This document shows positions 59,080 through 64,000 of a stretch of DNA of 64,000 nucleotides, piece by piece. Under the pieces are notes generated by a model. The model was not told the DNA's origin. It searched no databases and saw nothing but the letters and a program-made list of their open reading frames with translations. The stretch is from positions 1,600,001 to 1,664,000 of the forward strand of contig JAXHNL010000002.1 in the NCBI GenBank assembly GCA_034520565.1, written 5' to 3'. How positions within the stretch are numbered: the stretch's first letter is position 1; each line of letters starts with the position of its first letter. The DNA comes from Halodesulfurarchaeum sp. (GTDB lineage Archaea > Halobacteriota > Halobacteria > Halobacteriales > Halobacteriaceae). A program made the position numbers and the translations under genes.

Positions 59080-59481
59080 ATGGTGGTTCTTGGGCTCGTA
59101 GTCGCCGAATTCAATCGACATATCACCGAACAGATGGAGCGAGCGGCAACGGAGAAAGCCGAGGAGCTTGGTGTCGAAATCCGGGATGTCATCCACATCC
59201 CGGGTGCCTATGACGCCCCGCTCGCCGCGGACAGACTCGCCCGCAGAAAGGACATCGACGCCGTCGCAGTCCTCGGAACGATCATCACTGGCGACACGGA
59301 CCACGATCAGGTTATCGCCAACGCGTGTGCGCAGGGTCTCACTGACGTGAGCCTCTCGCGAGACACACCGGTCGCATTTGGAGTCACTGGACCTGGGATG
59401 ACCGCGGAGGAAGCCCGGGACCGAGTGGACAAGGGAGCCGAAACTGTCGAAAGTGCCGTCGCGCTTACGAGCGAACAATGA
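59080..59481 (+). CDS. ribH: 6,7-dimethyl-8-ribityllumazine synthase
   Basis: VVAEFN, PGAYDAP, GDTDHD and PVAFGV. Confidence 0.95.
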   Translation: MVVLGLVVAEFNRHITEQMERAATEKAEELGVEIRDVIHIPGAYDAPLAADRLARRKDIDAVAVLGTIITGDTDHDQVIANACAQGLTDVSLSRDTPVAFGVTGPGMTAEEARDRVDKGAETVESAVALTSEQ

Positions 59482-60623
59482 ACTACACAGACCGAGTCAC
59501 CCGCGTCGAACCGAGTGCCACCCTCGCGGTGAGCAACCTCGCCTCCCAGCTCGAGGCCGAAGGCGTCGACGTCGTCGACCTCTCCGTCGGCGAACCCGAC
59601 TTCGACACCCCCGAACACGTCAAAACCGCCGGTCAGGAGGCTATTGCCCGGGGCGAAACGAAGTATGCACCGTCGAATGGAATCCCGGCACTCCGTGAAG
59701 CGATCGCCGCCAGGCTTCAATCGAACGGCCTCTCCTACCAAGCGGAGAACGTGATGGTGACACCGGGAGCGAAACAGGCGCTGTTCGAGATCGTCCATAC
59801 CCTGGTTGAAGACGGCGACGAGGTCACCCTCCTCGATCCAGCCTGGGTCTCCTATTCGGCAATGGCCAAACTCGCCGGCGCGACGCTCAACCGAGTGGAT
59901 CTCAGCGCGACCGACTTCCACCTCGAACCGGCACTCGGGGACCTCGAAGCGGCGGTTTCAGACGACACCGAACTCCTCATCGTCAATTCACCAAACAACC
60001 CGAGCGGCGCCGTGTACAGCCGGGCCGCGATGAACGGGGTCCGGGATCTCGCGGTCGAACACGACATCACCGTCATCGCCGACGAAATTTATCGGGAAAT
60101 CCAGTACGAGGGCGAGCGGCTGAGCCTGGCCACACTCGATGGGATGGAAGATCGAACGATCACGGTGAACGGCTTCTCGAAGGCCTACGCCATGACCGGC
60201 TGGCGGCTCGGCTACTTCGCCGCGCCGACCGAACTGCTCGACCAGGCCGGAAAGATCCAGTCTCATTCGGTCTCATCTGCGGCCACGTTCGTCCAACATG
60301 CCGGTCTGGAGGCGCTTCAGGGGCCGTCCGAACCGACCGAGACGATGGTCTCCGCCTTCGAGGATCGTCGCGACTTGCTCCTCGAGAAAATCGGCGAGTA
60401 CGGGATCGAGGTTCCCACTCCAGAGGGTGCCTTCTACCTCATGCTTCCCGTCGACGAAAACGACGGGGAGTGGTGTACGACGGCACTCGAGGAGGCCCAC
60501 GTGGCGACGGTCCCTGGGAGTGCGTTTGGAACTCCAGGGTATGCCCGACTCTCCTATGCAGCCGACGCCGACCGGATCGCCGAGGCGATCGACAGACTCG
60601 GCGAGGCGGGCTTTTTGAACTGA
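59478..60623 (+). CDS. PLP-dependent class I/II (aspartate) aminotransferase
   Basis: VGEPDFDTP, NSPNNPSG, DEIY and FSKAYAMTGWRLG; coupled to ribH. Confidence 0.93.
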   Translation: MNYTDRVTRVEPSATLAVSNLASQLEAEGVDVVDLSVGEPDFDTPEHVKTAGQEAIARGETKYAPSNGIPALREAIAARLQSNGLSYQAENVMVTPGAKQALFEIVHTLVEDGDEVTLLDPAWVSYSAMAKLAGATLNRVDLSATDFHLEPALGDLEAAVSDDTELLIVNSPNNPSGAVYSRAAMNGVRDLAVEHDITVIADEIYREIQYEGERLSLATLDGMEDRTITVNGFSKAYAMTGWRLGYFAAPTELLDQAGKIQSHSVSSAATFVQHAGLEALQGPSEPTETMVSAFEDRRDLLLEKIGEYGIEVPTPEGAFYLMLPVDENDGEWCTTALEEAHVATVPGSAFGTPGYARLSYAADADRIAEAIDRLGEAGFLN

Positions 60624-60645
60624 GTGTCGACACCCCGTCGACCCG

Positions 60646-61893
60646 CTACGGCCAGATACCCTTTTCCGCCGCCGCCCTCTGGATCCGTTCGATGGCGACG
60701 AGGAACGCCGCCGTTCGGAGATCCGGAACGGGCCGGTTCTCCACTGTGTCCAGTACCGTTCCGAACGCGTCTTCGAGTCTCGTTTCGAGTTCGTCGTTGA
60801 CCCTCGTTTCGGACCAGTAGTGTCGCTGTCGATTTTGCACCCATTCGAGATAGGAGACGATCACGCCTCCCGAGTTTGCCACGATGTCGGGGACGATCGT
60901 ACAGTTCTCCCGCAGTTGTCGATCGGCAGCATCGGTCAGCGGCCCGTTCGCCCCCTCCACGATCACGTCCGCCTGCACCGCCGGAGCCAGGTCGGCGTCG
61001 ATTGCCCCTTCGAGGGCTGCCGGAATCAGGACGTCCACGTCGAGAGTGAGGAGGTCGTCGTTCGAAATTCGGGTCCCGTTCTCGAAGTCCGCAATGGCGT
61101 TGCCGTCACGTTTGTGCGCTGCGAGGCGGTCGGCGTCGAATCCCGAGTCGAGTCGAATTCCTCCCGACGAATCGCTGACTGCCACGACGGTGGCCCCTCG
61201 GGCCTGAAGTAACGTGGCGGCGTACTGCCCGACGTTTCCGAAGCCCTGGATGGCGACGGTTGCTCCCCCGAGGTCTCTGTCGAGGTGGTCGAACACCATC
61301 GAGGTCGATGTCGCGACCGACCGGCCGGTCGCCTCGACTCGACCGGCACTGCCACCACTCTCGATTGCCTTTCCCGTGACCACTCCCGGCTCGCTGGTAC
61401 GTTCGAGGGTTTCGTAGGTGTCCTTGATCCAGTTCATTTCGCGCTGGCCCGTGTTCACGTCGGGTGCAGGAATGTCCCGGTCAGGGCCAATCAACGGACG
61501 GATTTCCGCAGTATAGGCCCGAGTGATCCGCTCGAGTTCCGGCGTCGAGTACGCTCCCGGATCGAGAACGATTCCACCCTTGGCCCCGCCGAGCGGAAGC
61601 CCCACGACCGCCGTCTTGAACGTCATCCATCCGGAAAGGGCAACGACTTCCTCCCGGCTGACTGCGGGATGATACCGAATCCCGCCCTTGTAGGGGCCCC
61701 GTGTGTCGTCGAACTGCGAACGGAATGCGGAAAACGTTTCGATCCGCCCGTCGTCGAGCTCGACTTCGAGGGTGGCCTCGAGTACCCGATCCGGTTCCGA
61801 AAGTCCCGACAGTTCCCCCGGCGAGAGATCGAGAGGATCCGCGGCCCGTTCGATCTGGGCCCTGAGACTCTCGAGTGGGTTCGTTGTTACCAT
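60646..61893 (-). CDS. gdhA: Glutamate dehydrogenase (Glu/Leu/Phe/Val family)
   Basis: [36 protein letters not shown] and EGANGP. Confidence 0.92.
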   Translation of the reverse strand: MVTTNPLESLRAQIERAADPLDLSPGELSGLSEPDRVLEATLEVELDDGRIETFSAFRSQFDDTRGPYKGGIRYHPAVSREEVVALSGWMTFKTAVVGLPLGGAKGGIVLDPGAYSTPELERITRAYTAEIRPLIGPDRDIPAPDVNTGQREMNWIKDTYETLERTSEPGVVTGKAIESGGSAGRVEATGRSVATSTSMVFDHLDRDLGGATVAIQGFGNVGQYAATLLQARGATVVAVSDSSGGIRLDSGFDADRLAAHKRDGNAIADFENGTRISNDDLLTLDVDVLIPAALEGAIDADLAPAVQADVIVEGANGPLTDAADRQLRENCTIVPDIVANSGGVIVSYLEWVQNRQRHYWSETRVNDELETRLEDAFGTVLDTVENRPVPDLRTAAFLVAIERIQRAAAEKGIWP

Positions 61894-61980
61894 ACGCTCA
61901 CAATCGGTGGCCCTCGAATAAGCGTGTCGCCAGTCCCGAAGAGCAGTACCGATTTATTCCCGGACCGTCGACACTTGAGT

Positions 61981-62736
61981 GTGCAAATCGTCGGATACGA
62001 GGCAGGGACGCCGGACGAGGCGGCCGCGCTTCGTCTTGCCACGGACGGGACAGTTACGACCCATCGGTTACTGCCCGGTGAGCGACTGGATTTCGGGCTC
62101 GGCCAACGCCACTGTGCAGGCCGGATCGACGACACCAGCCACGAACCGTGTGAGAACTCGAAGGCTCCGTACTGTGACGTCCATACGATCCGGTGGCCCT
62201 GTGCACAATGCCGCGGCGACTGTGCCATGCCCATCGAGGCCTGTCACGAGGAACACGCGATCTACCTGGCGGCGTTCGAACCCGACCAGTTCAAAGTCGG
62301 GGTGACCAGGCAGTGGCGACTGCAAACCCGGCTCACCGAACAGGGGGCCCGCCGGGCGGCACACATCCGGACCGTCGATAACGGACGGAGGGCCCGTCAG
62401 ATCGAGGCCGAAATCGCCAACGACGTCCCGGATCGGATCACGACCGACACAAAGATCTCGGGCCTCGGCCAGCCACTCGACCTCGATGCCTGGGAGCAGT
62501 TTCTCGGCCCGTATGGAGTCATCGAGATGTTCGATTTTGACTACGGACTCGAACTCGAAGTCCAACCGATCCCGACGACGATGGCGACCGGCCGGATCCA
62601 CGGCAGCAGCGGCCGGATTCTCGTCCTCGAGGAGGGCGAGACGACCTACGCTATCGATCTCCGGGCGCTGATCGGCTACGAGATCAGCGACGGTGGATCC
62701 GATCCGGACAGACAAACGAGCCTCGGCGCCTTCTGA
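61981..62736 (+). CDS. DUF2797-family protein (Cys-rich)
   Basis: GTG start VQIVGY, Cys clusters, YLAAF...KVGVT...RLTEQGA and a C-terminal PIP-like QTSLGAF. Confidence 0.8.
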   Translation: MQIVGYEAGTPDEAAALRLATDGTVTTHRLLPGERLDFGLGQRHCAGRIDDTSHEPCENSKAPYCDVHTIRWPCAQCRGDCAMPIEACHEEHAIYLAAFEPDQFKVGVTRQWRLQTRLTEQGARRAAHIRTVDNGRRARQIEAEIANDVPDRITTDTKISGLGQPLDLDAWEQFLGPYGVIEMFDFDYGLELEVQPIPTTMATGRIHGSSGRILVLEEGETTYAIDLRALIGYEISDGGSDPDRQTSLGAF

Positions 62737-62780
62737 CCTGGAGCGGATAGTTTTTCAGTCGCCCCACCAAACCAGTGAGC

Positions 62781-63116
62781 ATGGCAGACGACGAGTCCGA
62801 GGACGGAAGTGAGGAGGAGAAATCGTTTCGAGAACGCGTCGAAGAGATCCGCGAAGAGCGGGCCGAAGAAGGGGAACCGGAAGGGGACCGCCGCGAACGA
62901 ATGGAAGAAATGATGGGCGGGGGCGGTGGCGGCATGGGCGGCAATCCGTTCGCCCAGATGATGGGCGGGATGATGGGTGGCGGCCCGATGGGTGGCGGCC
63001 GCAGCGAAGGTGGAGACAACGTCCGGCTGGCCCGAGAACTCGAAGCCCTTCGCGACGAGGTTTCGGCGGCGACGGACCAGCTCGAGCGGATCGCTGACGC
63101 CCTCGAAGACGAATAA
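62781..63116 (+). CDS. Small acidic Gly/Met-rich coiled-coil protein
   Basis: SFRERVEEIR, GGGGGGMGGNPFAQMMGGMMGG and LERIADALE. Confidence 0.75.
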   Translation: MADDESEDGSEEEKSFRERVEEIREERAEEGEPEGDRRERMEEMMGGGGGGMGGNPFAQMMGGMMGGGPMGGGRSEGGDNVRLARELEALRDEVSAATDQLERIADALEDE

Positions 63117-63164
63117 CTGGACTGGGCGTCGGTACGAATAATTCTGGCACTCCGTTCGAATCCG

Positions 63165-63731
63165 CTACCAGTAAAACAGGTTCTCGGAATCCGTCGGTTT
63201 CCCGACGACGTCACGGATCCTGGCCGCGAACAGGTCCCGGCTGTTCGCCGATTGCACGGTGACCACGGTGTCGGCACCGGATCCAGTCCCGCCAATGGCG
63301 AGCACTTCCTCGTCAGCTGGCACCAGCCCGGCATCACATCCCATGAGTACGATTTCGAGGGCGACTTTCGTTCCCTGGCCAAAAAGCCGAAGCACGTCCG
63401 CGACGACCTCGTGCGCAGAAAACCCGTCTTTCTCCCGGAGGGCCGATCCGACGTTGCTGAAGACCATCGGCCCGACGAACACAGAACCGCCCGCCTGTTC
63501 GATCAATTCCCGGTTCTCGGTTTGGAACTCCTGTTCGTTCGGTTCGCGATAGCCCGTCGAATGTCCGACGACGACCACGTTTCGTTCCGAAGTATCGAAC
63601 AGTCTCGCGGCCATTGCACCCGTTTCCCCGGACGTCGATGCGACCACCACGTCCGGTATTTCGTGCTCGACGGCGTACTCGCTGGCCCGTTTCAGCACGG
63701 CTTCGGTCCCCATATCGTCGGTTGGAAACAT
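63165..63731 (-). CDS. Pyruvate kinase C-terminal (alpha/beta)-like domain protein (COG1751-like)
   Basis: VVVASTSGETG, LRLFGQGTKVALEI, DAGL and IGGTGSGADT. Confidence 0.85.
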   Translation of the reverse strand: MFPTDDMGTEAVLKRASEYAVEHEIPDVVVASTSGETGAMAARLFDTSERNVVVVGHSTGYREPNEQEFQTENRELIEQAGGSVFVGPMVFSNVGSALREKDGFSAHEVVADVLRLFGQGTKVALEIVLMGCDAGLVPADEEVLAIGGTGSGADTVVTVQSANSRDLFAARIRDVVGKPTDSENLFYW

Positions 63732-63822
63732 CGTCGGTCCGTTGGGACCCGAAAGGGGAAACCATACAGCCCGTTTTCTGTGGGTTTGTGGGTGTGTCTT
63801 CCCCGGCGACGGCGGAAACCGA

Positions 63823-64000
63823 TCACTCGTGGTCGTCCAGAACGGTCGCGTAGGCGTCCTCGAGCCTGTCGATGGCGTTCGAGAGGCTGATCTCGGCGCG
63901 GTAATCGAGACAGGACGCCGAGAGCGTGTCCTGTTCGTCCAGTGCTCGATCGATTTTCGCCCGGAACCCCTGGATATTCCCCGGTTCGTAGTGATAACCG
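63823..64000 (-). CDS. C-terminus of a probable GT4 glycosyltransferase (partial)
   Basis: Manual translation ...GYHYEPGNIQGFRAKIDRAL...SLSNAIDRLEDAYATVLDDHE*, which resembles a GT-B C-terminus. Confidence 0.6.
   Translation of the reverse strand, partial: GYHYEPGNIQGFRAKIDRALDEQDTLSASCLDYRAEISLSNAIDRLEDAYATVLDDHE

Overview
Haloarchaeal (Halobacteria) chromosomal segment of about 60% GC with acidic proteins, mostly core genome. It holds a TAXI-TRAP transporter with a USP, cspA, ribL, phoU, tfe, trm56, tfb, rtcA, panE, mobB, mscS, copR-copZ, fba-fbp followed by a form III rbcL, thiolase plus DUF35, the complex I-like nuoA-B-CD-H-I-J1-J2-K-L-M-N cluster, purK-purE, ribH, two class I/II aminotransferases and a glutamate dehydrogenase. 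One complete IS200/IS605-family tnpB-only element (25413-26907) sits exactly at a host stop codon and rebuilds that stop. Its TnpB has a rearranged RuvC-II site and a compensating pair of frameshifts. Other points of interest are a B12-radical SAM gene between purE and nuoA, an aminotransferase plus 2-hydroxyacid dehydrogenase pair, and a catalytically complete RuBisCO beside FBPase and aldolase. Four further single-base frameshifts (a pilin-like gene, one aminotransferase, nuoM, nuoL) most likely reflect sequencing or assembly indels. No rRNA, tRNA or CRISPR array was seen. All family calls come from motif recognition by eye, with no database searches.
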